Assembly: GCA_040437565.1 (NCBI GenBank)
Contig: JBDOQK010000077.1
Span: 62,001 to 114,490 of the forward strand
Length of the DNA stretch: 52,490 bases
DNA from: Albugo candida
Lineage: Eukaryota
Direction: 5' to 3'
In this document: piece after piece, positions 25,542 through 38,815 of the stretch
Position numbering within the stretch: the first letter of the stretch is position 1
How the letters are laid out: each line of letters begins with the position of its first letter
Notes under the pieces: generated by a model
Database searches by the model: none
What the model was told of the DNA's origin: nothing
The model's input: the letters and a program-made list of their open reading frames with translations, nothing else
Program-made: the position numbers and the translations under genes

Positions 25542-27374
25542 CTACTTCTGCAGTTTTTTAACTGCGGACTCTAGACATCTCAAATCGTCACTTGGTCGGC
25601 CTATTTTAGCATCGCGAAGAGTCACCCCTTTTTCCTCTCCCCTTCGGCGCTTCTTATCAGCTTCGACAATACCAAAAGAAGGATGTACATCTTGGGCTGG
25701 TATTTGCCGAAGATTGTGATTATATGGAATCTGCAGTCCTGGTTTCATATTTTCCCCACAAGAGGGACATTTTGGAAATCGCATCCTATAATTTACCATC
25801 CAAACGTATTGCTTCATCACAGAGAGAACAACAATGCTTCGCTTTCGCGTGAGACACTCGAAGCATTCTATCAAACTGATATCATCATTCGCATCTATGT
25901 CCGTCCATTTGTATAAAATCACTTTTGCCTCAACAAAATCGGTCTCGCTATATTCGCTGCCTGATGAACTCGGATATTCTCCCTGAAAACGCAGATTCAG
26001 ATCGGTGCTGATCTTAATGCGATTTGATTCATATTGGCATATTGTATCTGGCATGAGGTCCACTTCTGTGCATTGATAGGATCGGATATAAGGTAGTTCC
26101 GAATCAAATTGACCACTTGTGTCTCCAGATAATGACACTAAGAATGCAAGTGACGAAAGTTTATGGACTGAATTTTCCCGAAATAAGGCACGGCATTCGG
26201 ATTCTTTGCCGTATAAATGTTGTATCAGGAAACACTCGCTAGTAAGATTCGGCACACTACTACTCTGCTGTGCAAATTCTTTCCGTTTCATTAGTGCAAA
26301 AATGTCATAAGTAGGTGTCAAATTGTCTGTGTGAACAGATGCCAACATGCAGTAGTCTCTTGAGACAATTGTACCGCAAGGGCTATCGCACTTGGTTTTA
26401 ACTTTGTCAGAAAAAGCTTCGGCAAACAGATAAACGAGAAATTCTCGCTCGTCATCACGATGTCCAAATTTTTTGATTCTATCGAGCACAACCATTCCTC
26501 CAAATTTTTTGTGTAAGCACGACCAGCAGCTTGCTTGCTCATGATGCGCTTTTGTTGTTGAAATGCAGTACGAATCTAGTAAAATGGCACGAAGCCTCCC
26601 CTCCAGCACTTCTGGCTTGTGATTCCTGCTAGACTCTGAAGACCAGATCGAAAATTGATTTTCAATCTCATCCACAAATGGAAGCGTGTCAGCAGTCTCT
26701 CGCTGAACTTTCATTGGTGATATTCTGTGTCTGAAAATCGTGCAAAGGTCATCTTTGAACACAATGGTCTGTCCTCTGCATATTTGAAATTCGTGGCACG
26801 ACTCAATGAATTTCTCAGTATCCGATGTGTATATCACATATACCTCACTCATTTGCAAATGATACACAGCATATTTTTCCATACTGCCAGTATCGCTTTT
26901 CCTTTTAAAACATGCTTCACACAGGGAGGAATGCAAATTGTCGGGCCTATAAAGGCACAGTGCTTTCGATTTCTTTGCGCTAAGCATCAAATTTGTTTGC
27001 TCTGCGTGAACATTGCTCAGTAGAAGAGTCTTCGCTTTTGTCTGAGAATAGTTAGGAGGTGCAGATATTGACTGCACCCCCTTTCTAGTTTTGGAGGAGA
27101 TTGGCTTAGACACAAAGCCTCGACATTGGCGCGCAGTGGAGCATTTGATGAGATTAGTTGCAATATAATCTACCAATCCCATGACCATGTAGCTTGTGGT
27201 TATACGTGCTTCTCCATATTCTTCAATGTAAAGTGCACCCGCGGTTTTCAGAATGCATAGCTGACAGGCTTCATAGTCTCCAGTCTGCGCAATGATTCTC
27301 ATCGAGCTCAATCGACTAGCGTAACATCCAGAAAAGTGACCAAGTACGGCTATGCCAAGAAACCAAATCCACAT
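25542..27374 (-). CDS. Secreted CCG (CxxCxxxxxG)-class effector, about 610 aa, with about five tandem Cys modules
   Basis: Intronless ORF. ATG 27374 gives the signal peptide MWIWFLGIAVLGHFSGCYA. CQLCILKTAG (27266-27237) is an exact CX2CX5G motif shortly after the signal peptide. A second exact motif is CWSCLHKKFG; further CEAC and CFEC motifs follow; C-terminal KKRRR. An in-frame upstream ATG exists at 27464. Confidence 0.85.
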   Translation of the reverse strand: MWIWFLGIAVLGHFSGCYASRLSSMRIIAQTGDYEACQLCILKTAGALYIEEYGEARITTSYMVMGLVDYIATNLIKCSTARQCRGFVSKPISSKTRKGVQSISAPPNYSQTKAKTLLLSNVHAEQTNLMLSAKKSKALCLYRPDNLHSSLCEACFKRKSDTGSMEKYAVYHLQMSEVYVIYTSDTEKFIESCHEFQICRGQTIVFKDDLCTIFRHRISPMKVQRETADTLPFVDEIENQFSIWSSESSRNHKPEVLEGRLRAILLDSYCISTTKAHHEQASCWSCLHKKFGGMVVLDRIKKFGHRDDEREFLVYLFAEAFSDKVKTKCDSPCGTIVSRDYCMLASVHTDNLTPTYDIFALMKRKEFAQQSSSVPNLTSECFLIQHLYGKESECRALFRENSVHKLSSLAFLVSLSGDTSGQFDSELPYIRSYQCTEVDLMPDTICQYESNRIKISTDLNLRFQGEYPSSSGSEYSETDFVEAKVILYKWTDIDANDDISLIECFECLTRKRSIVVLSVMKQYVWMVNYRMRFPKCPSCGENMKPGLQIPYNHNLRQIPAQDVHPSFGIVEADKKRRRGEEKGVTLRDAKIGRPSDDLRCLESAVKKLQK

Positions 27375-28524
27375 TATTCTGGGAACTGATATACGAACAA
27401 GACGACGCCATGTATCCGCGAATTGTGTCTGCGAACGGATAAACTCGTGTAGCTCATAACGCATCGTGAGTATTAAATACAAAATGTGTCGACTTCGGCA
27501 CTCCAGTAGCTACTAAATGCCCTCAATAGCAATGGTATTGTGATTGGTGATGTGCACGCTTCGACATTTTAGAATCAGAACCCACAATTCATGTTTTTGC
27601 TGTGTTTTTATTCTTTATTTGGAGCGGTCTGTGTAAGGGTAGGTCTCTATTTAGTTTCACTAATAAGTGATCAACGCGCAAGCATTTTGTTTGGCGCGTT
27701 GGCTATACTGAATGAAGAGGGTGCGACTTCCACGTTTTTTGCCGAGTGGTTGTAGTGTTTTGTGATGCTTACTACACCACTTGTTTCTTCCATGAGATGT
27801 GCATTTATCTAGTTGCTATTCTTTAGCAAAGTAGAATTCTCACCAAGTTAGGTAAAATTTACGTCAAGCACTTCATGCGCTCATGCTGACGATGGCGCTT
27901 TTCTTAAGAATTGGATTGCACCGTCTTGTTGAAGGGGATCTGTGAGGTGCAAGGTAGCACGTTTTGCAGAATTCTCAATCGGTGCCATGTATGCAAACAC
28001 GTAGGGAGATAATTGACTTACTTTTCCCTGCGGAGATTTCTATGCACAAGTTCAAATCGTTCAATAATTCCGTCGTTGTCACTTATTTGGTATCGCATGA
28101 ATGAAAACTAACAGGTAGAAGGATTGGGAGGAAAAAAGATACACGTTTAGTGACGATGTTGGGAATCATCGTGGTATTCTGTGGGTTGCTTCTTTAGTTA
28201 GCCAAAGCCTAAAGTGCCTGATTCATCGAAATTGTGGTGACTCTTGTTCACTTTTTCCGCCTCCAGCGGAATGGCACATAACAAGAAAATGTGATCATAA
28301 ATTACATCACCAACAAGGCATAGAAATGTAAGAAACCAAGTGAAAGGTTAAAAACGTCATTGTATGCTTCGTCTTCTGCATTCTATCAATCCGATACCCT
28401 CGTGTGGTAAGCTCGTGAAATCATCCAGTTAGTCTCGATTAGACAGGCTGCTATCGCATTTGAGCCAATCATGCAACACAAATGAAATCTGATCACGGTC
28501 GAACTGTGTTTCGATTTTGGTGTT

Positions 28525-29613
28525 ATGGGAGATCAAGGACACTTACAACGTAAAGAGTCTTCTCTTCTTACGAATTCTTTATGTGCATCTATTCGGTTCG
28601 TTGTCACACCATCAGTTTATAGAGCTCATCTGCAAGCACAATATGTTATTGAAGTCTCGGATGATCGAAAAGCTGATACTAGCTGGATCGTTCACCGTAG
28701 ATTTAGTGCATTTCAGAGATTTCGACAGTCAATTGAGGAAGCCGGGAACCGTGGAATGTTGTGTACCACTTGTCAGCGAATGCTAACTTCACCTCCTTTT
28801 ATGAAATTTGTGAAGAAACATAGATTATGCAAATGCAAGCGAAGCCTGATAGAAAATAGACAAGCTTGTTTGCAAGAGTTTTTAAACCTCGTTGCAACCT
28901 ACGTTAGTATCTGCCAGAAAACTGAAGGTCGAGGTCATTGCCAAGTACGTACCATGATGGACTTTTTCCTTATGGGTCATCAGACGGAGTCTATCGTTGG
29001 GAGCACCCTTTCAAATCAACACATGGACAAGCATACAAGAAAGGGCAAATGTTGTGCTGATCTGTTACCCAATGGAAAGATCTTACGGATTACAAGCACT
29101 AAAAATTGGCCTCACTCATCGCAAGAAAATCAAAGCTCAGTGGGTTTACCGGAGCCAAAACAATTATCAAAGGAGAAGTGCAAGGAACGAGGGAGCGTGC
29201 GCTCAAAGAAAATTATTAGTATTACTTCTGTCAGTAGAGAACGGAACTCACATATAATGAGTCAAGTAATGCATCTGAAGACGAAGTTGCCAGCACAAAA
29301 CCTTTCCAGTACTGATTTTTTATCAGCTTCGGTCGAAGCACCCTCAGATGACTCCGAGCGACATAACCAAGTGCTTCAGCGGTCTAAAGCATTGACTGAA
29401 GCAGCACACTTTAGCACACACAAGACTCTTAAGTCATCTTTGCTATCATATAGTCCACTGCAACGTGAGGAGTTTGTGCTAAATCGTCGGCAAAGGCCCC
29501 ACCGACCGCAGAAAGCGAAACATAGTATCGACAAAGAACATATCAAAACGGCCCCTAAACGTCAGTATGCCGTTGCGCGTACATTTGTACCAATGGCTAC
29601 AATTGACGAATGA
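28525..29613 (+). CDS. PX (Phox) domain protein, 362 aa
   Basis: QYVIEV..WIVHRRFSAFQRFRQSI..PPFMKF..LIENRQACLQEFLN fits PX consensus elements, followed by a low-complexity C-terminal tail. Single exon. CCAAT at about 28464. Confidence 0.8.
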   Translation: MGDQGHLQRKESSLLTNSLCASIRFVVTPSVYRAHLQAQYVIEVSDDRKADTSWIVHRRFSAFQRFRQSIEEAGNRGMLCTTCQRMLTSPPFMKFVKKHRLCKCKRSLIENRQACLQEFLNLVATYVSICQKTEGRGHCQVRTMMDFFLMGHQTESIVGSTLSNQHMDKHTRKGKCCADLLPNGKILRITSTKNWPHSSQENQSSVGLPEPKQLSKEKCKERGSVRSKKIISITSVSRERNSHIMSQVMHLKTKLPAQNLSSTDFLSASVEAPSDDSERHNQVLQRSKALTEAAHFSTHKTLKSSLLSYSPLQREEFVLNRRQRPHRPQKAKHSIDKEHIKTAPKRQYAVARTFVPMATIDE

Positions 29614-32231
29614 AAGCGTATACTTATAGAAGATGCCATCAACTAGTACACAACGGAATGTACAAATACATGAATTCAAGGATGAAATATAACATGCATC
29701 TTCGTATGTTCCTACAAAATTCGCAATTCAGCCGGTAATGACACGAACTCCGCCAAGGGAAGCCACAGTGTGTGCAAAGTTGTAGTTGGGTTGCTTGATG
29801 AACATCATGTTCTTGGATTGTTTGTAAGTTCGTGAAATCCATTCTACCATCGCGGGTCCAAATTGACCTTCAACGGCTAAAAAGTTAACTTTTAGCTTCA
29901 AATAAATGTGGTCGAATAGCAAAACCGTCTCGGCAAACTCGTTTGTGTTGGTTGGTTCATCTTTCGTGTAGCAGTGAACAATGAATAGCGTGTTTGTTTG
30001 CTCGTTTGTTCGCACGTACAGAATGGCTTTGTTGATGATTGATAAATTTGGCCGCTTGCAAAAAAAATAAATTGCTTGTTCATTGATCTCATGGATGAAC
30101 CGTGCAATCGTTTTACCACCACGAGCCCCGGTTCGTATATTGTCTTGGTCGTACATTAAGCTTTGATGGGGTTGGTGATAATTGCCTCGAGATGGACACA
30201 TACCGCGGAGGCAATACAAAGCAATGCGAAGTATGAATGTTCGCTCAAACATCACATAAACAACTAAGAGGACCGACAAGAAATACAACGAAAAGTAAGT
30301 CAGTATTGTGGGATCTCCGAGTAAGTTGCCAAATACTGTCNNNNNNNNNNNNNNNNNNNNNNNNNNNNNNNNNNNNNNNNNNNNNNNNNNNNNNNNNNNN
30401 NNNNNNNNNNNNNNNNNNNNNNNNNNNNNNNNNNNNNNNNGTAAAGAGTCTTCTCTTCTTACGAATTCTTTATGTGCATCTATTCGGTTCGTTGTCACAC
30501 CATCAGTTTATAGAGCTCATCTGCAAGCACAATATGTTATTGAAGTCTCGGATGATCGAAAAGCTGATACTAGCTGGATCGTTCACCGTAGATTTAGTGC
30601 ATTTCAGAGATTTCGACAGTCAATTGAGGAAGCCGGGAACCGTGGAATGTTGTGTACCACTTGTCAGCGAATGCTAACTTCACCTCCTTTTATGAAATTT
30701 GTGAAGAAACATAGATTATGCAAATGCAAGCGAAGCCTGATAGAAAATAGACAAGCTTGTTTGCAAGAGTTTTTAAACCTCGTTGCAACCTACGTTAGTA
30801 TCTGCCAGAAAACTGAAGGTCGAGGTCATTGCCAAGTACGTACCATGATGGACTTTTTCCTTATGGGTCATCAGACGGAGTCTATCGTTGGGAGCACCCT
30901 TTCAAATCAACACATGGACAAGCATACAAGAAAGGGCAAATGTTGTGCTGATCTGTTACCCAATGGAAAGATCTTACGGATTACAAGCACTAAAAATTGG
31001 CCTCACTCATCGCAAGAAAATCAAAGCTCAGTGGGTTTACCGGAGCCAAAACAATTATCAAAGGAGAAGTGCAAGGAACGAGGGAGCGTGCGCTCAAAGA
31101 AAATTATTAGTATTACTTCTGTCAGTAGAGAACGGAACTCACATATAATGAGTCAAGTAATGCATCTGAAGACGAAGTTGCCAGCACAAAACCTTTCCAG
31201 TACTGATTTTTTATCAGCTTCGGTCGAAGCACCCTCAGATGACTCCGAGCGACATAACCAAGTGCTTCAGCGGTCTAAAGCATTGACTGAAGCAGCACAC
31301 TTTAGCACACACAAGACTCTTAAGTCATCTTTGCTATCATATAGTCCACTGCAACGTGAGGAGTTTGTGCTAAATCGTCGGCAAAGGCCCCACCGACCGC
31401 AGAAAGCGAAACATAGTATCGACAAAGAACATATCAAAACGGCCCCTAAACGTCAGTATGCCGTTGCGCGTACATTTGTACCAATGGCTACAATTGACGA
31501 ATGAAAGCGTATACTTATAGAAGATGCCATCAACTAGTACACAACGGAATGTACAAATACATGAATTCAAGGATGAAATATAACATGCATCTTCGTATGT
31601 TCCTACAAAATTCGCAATTCAGCCGGTAATGACACGAACTCCGCCAAGGGAAGCCACAGTGTGTGCAAAGTTGTAGTTGGGTTGCTTGATGAACATCATG
31701 TTCTTGGATTGTTTGTAAGTTCGTGAAATCCATTCTACCATCGCGGGTCCAAATTGACCTTCAACGGCTAAAAAGTTAACTTTTAGCTTCAAATAAATGT
31801 GGTCGAATAGCAAAACCGTCTCGGCAAACTCGTTTGTGTTGGTTGGTTCATCTTTCGTGTAGCAGTGAACAATGAATAGCGTGTTTGTTTGCTCGTTTGT
31901 TCGCACGTACAGAATGGCTTTGTTGATGATTGATAAATTTGGCCGCTTGCAAAAAAAATAAATTGCTTGTTCATTGATCTCATGGATGAACCGTGCAATC
32001 GTTTTACCACCACGAGCCCCGGTTCGTATATTGTCTTGGTCGTACATTAAGCTTTGATGGGGTTGGTGATAATTGCCTCGAGATGGACACATACCGCGGA
32101 GGCAATACAAAGCAATGCGAAGTATGAATGTTCGCTCAAACATCACATAAACAACTAAGAGGACCGACAAGAAATACAACGAAAAGTAAGTCAGTATTGT
32201 GGGATCTCCGAGTAAGTTGCCAAATACTGTC
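28550..32231. repeat. Gap-flanking direct duplication 28550-30340 = 30441-32231 (probable assembly overlap); creates a partial second PX copy (30441-31504) and a partial permease (29728-30340)
   Basis: Identical ORF translations at an offset of 1891 bp. The copies abut the 100-N gap at 30341-30440. Confidence 0.9.
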
Positions 32232-33723
32232 GTAATCACCATGGCCACTCCAACAATACAGCTCCACCAAGGTGCTATGGTTGATCGTGGTATGTCAGCA
32301 CGTTTGAACTTGAGTAACATGCATCCCGTCCCAAACAACGTCATGAGGCCAAGAAATGCATACGTGTATACACCAGAAAGGGTTTCAGTATTGCCCTGCA
32401 AAATCACGACAAGGCTAGAGCCGATGAAAAAGTACCCAATTATGATAAAATGATTTGTCTGACGCCAAGGATTCACATCCAGTAAGAATGCCGGAAGTAC
32501 GCGATCACTGGCTAGACGGCGAATAAGCCCATTGACTCCAACGTAGGCCGTCAAGACTGCTCCTGATAGAACAACAAAAGCGTCGATTGCGACAATTTTT
32601 TCCATGTGACTCCCACCAACAACACGAGCTACCTCGCCAAGCACGGTATCTTTATGATTAATGATTCCACCCGGTCCATATAGAGGTAATACGCCGAGAG
32701 AAAGTAGTGAGATCAAAGGATTGAATATTGCGACACCCCACCACATATTCTGCAAGTAAATATAACTCTTAGATCATGACATCATACGAATATTCCATTG
32801 CTTACCTTGAGTGTTTTCGTGAATACACCATCGGCCTGCTCTTCCACAAACTGTGAAGATGACTCGAAGCCCGAGATACCAAGCATAGCAGTCGAAGTTC
32901 CAAAAAAGAGAGCTGTAAAAAAGTTTCCTGTAATCATCGAGCCGGCCAGATTGATTTTTGGAAAATCTTCCCAAAAATTCTGTATGAGAATTTCAAAATT
33001 GTTGTTCACCACGTATATGATGGCCATAATGCACAAAACGCTCAGTGTCAAAGTATGAAGAATAAAAATCACTAATGCCACAACCGCAGACTCTGTGATT
33101 CCCACGAGACTCAAAATTGCAAAGAAGAAGAGTAATGCAATTGTTGCAGGTACCACTGCTATAGATTCCACTTGGGATTGTAAATAATTACATGCAGAAG
33201 CACCAGATACGACTCCCGTTGCGACATATGATAGAATCGCCAGAGCTGCTGCAACAGAAGCTATCCGTTTCGAAGTCGTGTTCAGCAGCACATTGTACGA
33301 GCCACCATTAAGAGGGATTGCATTAACAACTTCACCATAAATAAATCGATACAGGTATAGAACTCCAACGACAAACGCTAGTGCCACGGGAGCTAATATG
33401 CCGGCCTTTGAAGCAACTAAACCCGATACGTATAGGCAGCTCGATAGGATATCATTACCACAAATTGCGGTTGCCAACCATTCCGACAATTTAGGGTGCT
33501 CTAGTGAAATATGTGCTTCGATTTCCAAGATTTCTTTCTCATCAGGAGCTGCTCGATAATGCGATCCCCAGCCTGGAAACTCCCACGGCATCAATGTCTC
33601 CAAGTCTTTGTCAACTTTAACGACTATTGAATCAGACGTTTTCTCTTGAACTTTTAAAAACGGGTCGATCTCGTTGATGCCGGATGAGATAGTTCCGTAC
33701 TCGCCAAGATGCAGGGAGCCCAT
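31619..33723 (-). CDS. APC-superfamily amino acid permease, 2 exons, about 682 aa
   Basis: ATAICGNDILSSCLYVSG, PLNGGSYNVLLNT, GISGFESSSQF and DAFVVLSGAVLT, with many transmembrane segments and a soluble C-terminal domain. Phase-0 GT-AG intron 32805-32750 joins KTLK|NMWWG. Exons 33723-32806 and 32749-31619. Confidence 0.9.
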
Positions 33724-36700
33724 CGGTTTTGCTCTTTTGTTTGGTAGTAAATGAAACTGTTAAGGATCTAGTTAGCGATATGACATCTAGCCAATCAGCA
33801 GTACTCCGAATAATTGTGGAGTTCTAAAAAGCAAACTTCAATAAAGGTTGATATGCGTTCTTATCGGCCTCGTTTACTTGTTATTAGTACTGAGTGCACT
33901 ATCGTGCAATACACGTGCATTGCTGCCTTGATTTTCTACATCGGCTGGCAATAATCTCGGCCATGTATGATAGTGTAGTAGAACGTAAAGTTTCACTCAT
34001 AAGCATGACTATGATAATAGCACCTCGTTTATATGCTCAGGGTGCTAATAGAGATCAAATGCCACGCCGTTTGCTAGATTGCAAAAGCCTGTAAAGCTGA
34101 GAAAAAGCAGTAGTAGGCGACGGTGGATAACTGAATGGACACACTTTCGTCACCATCGTGTTCATTGGTTATTATTCAGCGCTGTCCGCCATGCATGAAA
34201 AGGATGAGGTCTCATTGGGACCACAGCAATCATTCCCGTACATATACAAAAAGTCTCTGTCTTTATGCTGGTTGTTTTACCTCGTCAATGTTCTCCAGCG
34301 TTGGTTGGTAAGTCTTGGATCGTATTCTGGTTTTTCTTCACCTCCAATGTATGGAGATTTTGAGGCACAGCGTCACTGGATGGAGATAACGCGTAATTTA
34401 CCGATAGCTGAGTGGTATCACAACACCACTAAAAATGATCTAATGTACTGGGGTCTGGACTATCCTCCCCTTACGGCTTTCGTCTCATACGCTTTTGGAT
34501 CGATAATGCAATATCTAGACGCGGATATGATAGCTCTTGGAACTTCTAGAGGATACGAAACACTTGGAAGCAAGAGTATGATGCGTTCGTCTGTTATACT
34601 TGCAGATCTGCTGGTTCTATTTCCAGCAGTATATTACTGCGTGAGCGTCATGTACAGAAGCGAGCTACGAGCTCCAGCATACGATAAATGGAGGCTGAAG
34701 ACACTGACGGCATACCTAATTTTATCGCAACCTTCTTTTTTATTGATCGATCATGGCCATTTCCAGTACAATAATATCAGTCTAGGTCTCACAGCAGCAG
34801 CTGTTGCTTTGATTTATCATGATCACGACTTTCTAGCTAGCGTTGCATACTGTTTGGCACTCAACTTTAAGCAAATGACGCTTTACTTTGCACCTGCATT
34901 TGGTTTGTACCTACTTTCAAAGTGCTGTTATGGCGATAAATGTATACTTCATCTTATAAAACTTTCCGCGGCTGTCGTTGTCACAATCGGTTTGCTTTGG
35001 CTACCATTCTGCCTCTATCGACCACCGGGCTCAACTTGTTTATCCTCATGGCAGCAAAGTACGATTTCAAAATGATCCTCCGATCGTATCATCCTAATAC
35101 GCTCTTTGTTCAGTTGTACATCGCATCTTCCCAGTTGCACGTGGCTTATTTGAAGATAAAGTGTCAAACGTTTGGTGCGTGTTGGACCTGGTTTATAAAG
35201 TCCGCCATCATATAGCGATGAGTGAACAGTTGCTTCTTTGGTATGAACTTATATCGTCCTGGTAATGTGGCATGAAATCCTCACGTCCCACACTGCTGTA
35301 GCACTATCACGACATTCCTGGCTTTGACACCGTCAATGCTCGATCTTTTGAGAAGAAAACCGACCAAAACTCGATTTGTATTATCACTTGTAAACTCATC
35401 GCTTTCCTTCTTTCTGTTCTCCTTTCAAGGTACACACGCANNNNNNNNNNNNNNNNNNNNNNNNNNNNNNNNNNNNNNNNNNNNNNNNNNNNNNNNNNNN
35501 NNNNNNNNNNNNNNNNNNNNNNNNNNNNNNNNNNNNNNNNGACAAGAAATACAACGAAAAGTAAGTCAGTATTGTGGGATCTCCGAGTAAGTTGCCAAAT
35601 ACTGTCGTAATCACCATGGCCACTCCAACAATACAGCTCCACCAAGGTGCTATGGTTGATCGTGGTATGTCAGCACGTTTGAACTTGAGTAACATGCATC
35701 CCGTCCCAAACAACGTCATGAGGCCAAGAAATGCATACGTGTATACACCAGAAAGGGTTTCAGTATTGCCCTGCAAAATCACGACAAGGCTAGAGCCGAT
35801 GAAAAAGTACCCAATTATGATAAAATGATTTGTCTGACGCCAAGGATTCACATCCAGTAAGAATGCCGGAAGTACGCGATCACTGGCTAGACGGCGAATA
35901 AGCCCATTGACTCCAACGTAGGCCGTCAAGACTGCTCCTGATAGAACAACAAAAGCGTCGATTGCGACAATTTTTTCCATGTGACTCCCACCAACAACAC
36001 GAGCTACCTCGCCAAGCACGGTATCTTTATGATTAATGATTCCACCCGGTCCATATAGAGGTAATACGCCGAGAGAAAGTAGTGAGATCAAAGGATTGAA
36101 TATTGCGACACCCCACCACATATTCTGCAAGTAAATATAACTCTTAGATCATGACATCATACGAATATTCCATTGCTTACCTTGAGTGTTTTCGTGAATA
36201 CACCATCGGCCTGCTCTTCCACAAACTGTGAAGATGACTCGAAGCCCGAGATACCAAGCATAGCAGTCGAAGTTCCAAAAAAGAGAGCTGTAAAAAAGTT
36301 TCCTGTAATCATCGAGCCGGCCAGATTGATTTTTGGAAAATCTTCCCAAAAATTCTGTATGAGAATTTCAAAATTGTTGTTCACCACGTATATGATGGCC
36401 ATAATGCACAAAACGCTCAGTGTCAAAGTATGAAGAATAAAAATCACTAATGCCACAACCGCAGACTCTGTGATTCCCACGAGACTCAAAATTGCAAAGA
36501 AGAAGAGTAATGCAATTGTTGCAGGTACCACTGCTATAGATTCCACTTGGGATTGTAAATAATTACATGCAGAAGCACCAGATACGACTCCCGTTGCGAC
36601 ATATGATAGAATCGCCAGAGCTGCTGCAACAGAAGCTATCCGTTTCGAAGTCGTGTTCAGCAGCACATTGTACGAGCCACCATTAAGAGGGATTGCATTA

Positions 36701-38815
36701 ACAACTTCACCATAAATAAATCGATACAGGTATAGAACTCCAACGACAAACGCTAGTGCCACGGGAGCTAATATGCCGGCCTTTGAAGCAACTAAACCCG
36801 ATACGTATAGGCAGCTCGATAGGATATCATTACCACAAATTGCGGTTGCCAACCATTCCGACAATTTAGGGTGCTCTAGTGAAATATGTGCTTCGATTTC
36901 CAAGATTTCTTTCTCATCAGGAGCTGCTCGATAATGCGATCCCCAGCCTGGAAACTCCCACGGCATCAATGTCTCCAAGTCTTTGTCAACTTTAACGACT
37001 ATTGAATCAGACGTTTTCTCTTGAACTTTTAAAAACGGGTCGATCTCGTTGATGCCGGATGAGATAGTTCCGTACTCGCCAAGATGCAGGGAGCCCATCG
37101 GTTTTGCTCTTTTGTTTGGTAGTAAATGAAACTGTTAAGGATCTAGTTAGCGATATGACATCTAGCCAATCAGCAGTACTCCGAATAATTGTGGAGTTCT
37201 AAAAAGCAAACTTCAATAAAGGTTGATATGCGTTCTTATCGGCCTCGTTTACTTGTTATTAGTACTGAGTGCACTATCGTGCAATACACGTGCATTGCTG
37301 CCTTGATTTTCTACATCGGCTGGCAATAATCTCGGCCATGTATGATAGTGTAGTAGAACGTAAAGTTTCACTCATAAGCATGACTATGATAATAGCACCT
37401 CGTTTATATGCTCAGGGTGCTAATAGAGATCAAATGCCACGCCGTTTGCTAGATTGCAAAAGCCTGTAAAGCTGAGAAAAAGCAGTAGTAGGCGACGGTG
37501 GATAACTGAATGGACACACTTTCGTCACCATCGTGTTCATTGGTTATTATTCAGCGCTGTCCGCCATGCATGAAAAGGATGAGGTCTCATTGGGACCACA
37601 GCAATCATTCCCGTACATATACAAAAAGTCTCTGTCTTTATGCTGGTTGTTTTACCTCGTCAATGTTCTCCAGCGTTGGTTGGTAAGTCTTGGATCGTAT
37701 TCTGGTTTTTCTTCACCTCCAATGTATGGAGATTTTGAGGCACAGCGTCACTGGATGGAGATAACGCGTAATTTACCGATAGCTGAGTGGTATCACAACA
37801 CCACTAAAAATGATCTAATGTACTGGGGTCTGGACTATCCTCCCCTTACGGCTTTCGTCTCATACGCTTTTGGATCGATAATGCAATATCTAGACGCGGA
37901 TATGATAGCTCTTGGAACTTCTAGAGGATACGAAACACTTGGAAGCAAGAGTATGATGCGTTCGTCTGTTATACTTGCAGATCTGCTGGTTCTATTTCCA
38001 GCAGTATATTACTGCGTGAGCGTCATGTACAGAAGCGAGCTACGAGCTCCAGCATACGATAAATGGAGGCTGAAGACACTGACGGCATACCTAATTTTAT
38101 CGCAACCTTCTTTTTTATTGATCGATCATGGCCATTTCCAGTACAATAATATCAGTCTAGGTCTCACAGCAGCAGCTGTTGCTTTGATTTATCATGATCA
38201 CGACTTTCTAGCTAGCGTTGCATACTGTTTGGCACTCAACTTTAAGCAAATGACGCTTTACTTTGCACCTGCATTTGGTTTGTACCTACTTTCAAAGTGC
38301 TGTTATGGCGATAAATGTATACTTCATCTTATAAAACTTTCCGCGGCTGTCGTTGTCACAATCGGTTTGCTTTGGCTACCATTCTGCCTCTATCGACCAC
38401 CGGGCTCAACTTGTTTATCCTCATGGCAGCAAAGTACGATTTCAAAATGATCCTCCGATCGTATCATCCTAATACGCTCTTTGTTCAGTTGTACATCGCA
38501 TCTTCCCAGTTGCACGTGGCTTATTTGAAGATAAAGTGTCAAACGTTTGGTGCGTGTTGGACCTGGTTTATAAAGTCCGCCATCATATAGCGATGAGTGA
38601 ACAGTTGCTTCTTTGGTATGAACTTATATCGTCCTGGTAATGTGGCATGAAATCCTCACGTCCCACACTGCTGTAGCACTATCACGACATTCCTGGCTTT
38701 GACACCGTCAATGCTCGATCTTTTGAGAAGAAAACCGACCAAAACTCGATTTGTATTATCACTTGTAAACTCATCGCTTTCCTTCTTTCTGTTCTCCTTT
38801 CAAGGTACACACGCA
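32166..38815. repeat. Gap-flanking direct duplication 32166-35440 = 35541-38815 (probable assembly overlap); creates a partial ALG6 (34191-35440) and a partial permease (35541-37098)
   Basis: Identical ORF translations at an offset of 3375 bp. The copies abut the 100-N gap at 35441-35540. Confidence 0.9.
37099..37565. promoter_or_regulatory. Divergent promoter region between the permease and ALG6 (also at 33724-34190)
   Basis: 467 bp between head-to-head ATGs. AGCCAATCAGC CCAAT box about 65 bp upstream of the permease ATG. Confidence 0.45.

Noticed and set aside
27375-27482. 36-aa N-terminal extension of the CCG ORF (TTG 27482 or ATG 27464)
   Set aside because: TTG starts are not expected here, and only ATG 27374 places the signal peptide at the N-terminus.
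30441-37098. Real tandem duplication of PX, permease and ALG6
   Set aside because: The copies look identical and terminate precisely at 100-N gaps, as expected for unmerged contig overlaps.
37533-37565. GTG start for ALG6 given by the ORF track (also 34158)
   Set aside because: Eukaryotic gene; the ATG at 37566 (34191) has a good GCCATG context.
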